This document shows, in pieces, positions 63,123 through 64,000 of a stretch of 64,000 nt of DNA. Source of the stretch: Patescibacteria group bacterium. Lineage in GTDB: Bacteria > Patescibacteriota > Patescibacteriia > PEXW01. Below the pieces are notes generated by a model. That model was not told the origin of the DNA. It searched no databases and worked only from the letters and a program-made list of their open reading frames with translations. The first letter of the stretch is position 1. Each line of letters opens with the position of its first letter. Location of the stretch: positions 393,206-457,205 of the forward strand of contig JBAYJA010000001.1 in NCBI GenBank assembly GCA_041665345.1. Reading direction: 5' to 3'. The translations under genes and the position numbers were made by a program.

Positions 63123-64000
63123 ATGTGGCGCATCTTCATTCGTTGTAATAGCATGCTCTTGGGGATGCTGGTGGTTTCCTGTGCGGGTTGTGCGGGTACG
63201 GTGCAGTTTGGTTTGCAAGACAAGCCAAAGGTACCAACTCCGTATGTGGATGCCCTGAAGCAATTGCCTGTGGGCACTGTGTTGGACTCGATGAATCTAC
63301 GTGATTCATTGCAAACCCTACTGATCATGTTTCAGTATTCGGATACTGCAATGTACTGTGCACTTTCTGCCGTTGATCCAGTCGCAAATCCGGGTCTGCT
63401 AGAAACCATGCTACGTGATTTCAAGGCACGGAAAGACCTGGAAACTGGTCGAGGTGATACGCCAGACCGTTGTGAATGGTGGAACGATTTTTGGGAAAAG
63501 CGGGCGAAATATTGTTTCTCACACTTCCGAACCAGTTTTTTTGGAAGGTTTCTTGAGCCTATGAGAACCGAAGCAGTTTTCAAGAATGGTATTCCTGATG
63601 AGGATTACTGGATTGAGGTTCCATGCTTTACGATGCAGGACAAACCAGGAACTGGTCAATGTCAAGTGAACGAGCTGGAATGGAAAGGGGGTAAGCAATT
63701 GGCGTATCAAGCAGATGCCGACGGAGAAATCGCTATGATGGTTCCATCGCAGAATGCTCTTGGGAGAAAGCGTAAACCAGCTGAACGATTATTTGCAATG
63801 AAGGAGGACGAGCGGAGATTTGTTTCGCTCCAAACTCCCCAGTTCGATCCCTTTCCAGTTGGGACGAAGGATTTTTCGGCCTCCGTGTACCTGAGCACCT
63901 TCCCAAATGGGGATGTGTATGACGTCTACCTTGTGTCTGGTGTTCCCATGAAGCAGCTCATGAACGGGGATTCCACGCTGGAATTCACGGCCACGACAAA
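63123..64000 (+). CDS. lipoprotein (lipobox VVSC), hypothetical; runs past the end of the window
   Basis: Signal peptide with Cys, strong RBS, no stop before the window end. Confidence 0.55.
   Translation, partial: MWRIFIRCNSMLLGMLVVSCAGCAGTVQFGLQDKPKVPTPYVDALKQLPVGTVLDSMNLRDSLQTLLIMFQYSDTAMYCALSAVDPVANPGLLETMLRDFKARKDLETGRGDTPDRCEWWNDFWEKRAKYCFSHFRTSFFGRFLEPMRTEAVFKNGIPDEDYWIEVPCFTMQDKPGTGQCQVNELEWKGGKQLAYQADADGEIAMMVPSQNALGRKRKPAERLFAMKEDERRFVSLQTPQFDPFPVGTKDFSASVYLSTFPNGDVYDVYLVSGVPMKQLMNGDSTLEFTATT

Overview
This 64 kb window reads as chromosomal DNA from an uncultivated bacterium, roughly 50-55% GC with several lower-GC islands, read under the standard genetic code. It is dense with housekeeping genes on both strands. 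These include thrS, dnaE, ftsW, L25/Ctc, prfA-prmC, rpmE, rpsB-tsf, rpmG, an RluB/RsuA-type pseudouridine synthase, ftsB-like, ftsEX, metK, pcm, mltG, a pyrH-like kinase, rplJ-rplL, dinB and lexA. There are eight tRNA genes: Thr(GGT), Thr(CGT), Trp(CCA), Gly(CCC), Thr(TGT), Gln(TTG), Asn(GTT), and a minus-strand tRNA-like 3' fragment. Regulatory RNAs that I can read directly are a SAM-I riboswitch before metK, a T-box-like leader before thrS, and an L10 leader/attenuator before rplJ. Accessory, compositionally distinct segments sit next to tRNA genes or between conserved genes. They are a 608-aa membrane protein between rpmE and rpsB, a 7-gene low-GC island after tRNA-Trp, a UvrD-like helicase island after tRNA-Gln, and an M23-peptidase/T9SS-CTD gene with an internal GC shift. 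The most unusual signals are non-coding. One is a family of paired hairpin repeats fused directly to the CCA end of tRNA genes, also present in the thrS leader. A second is two paralogous ~145-nt elements flanking tRNA-Asn that show compensatory base changes. A third is two half-tRNA duplicates carrying hairpin insertions. A fourth is a direct-repeat motif TTCGG-N6-TTCGG sitting in the promoter spacer of lexA, in front of an inactive Y-family polymerase (ImuB-like), and in the promoter of an unrelated small gene, which suggests an SOS-type regulon. No CRISPR array, integrase or transposase is visible. All coordinates are hand-counted from the printed sequence; between about 43400 and 44900 the ORF track reads +1 relative to my count, so RNA feature coordinates there may be off by 1.
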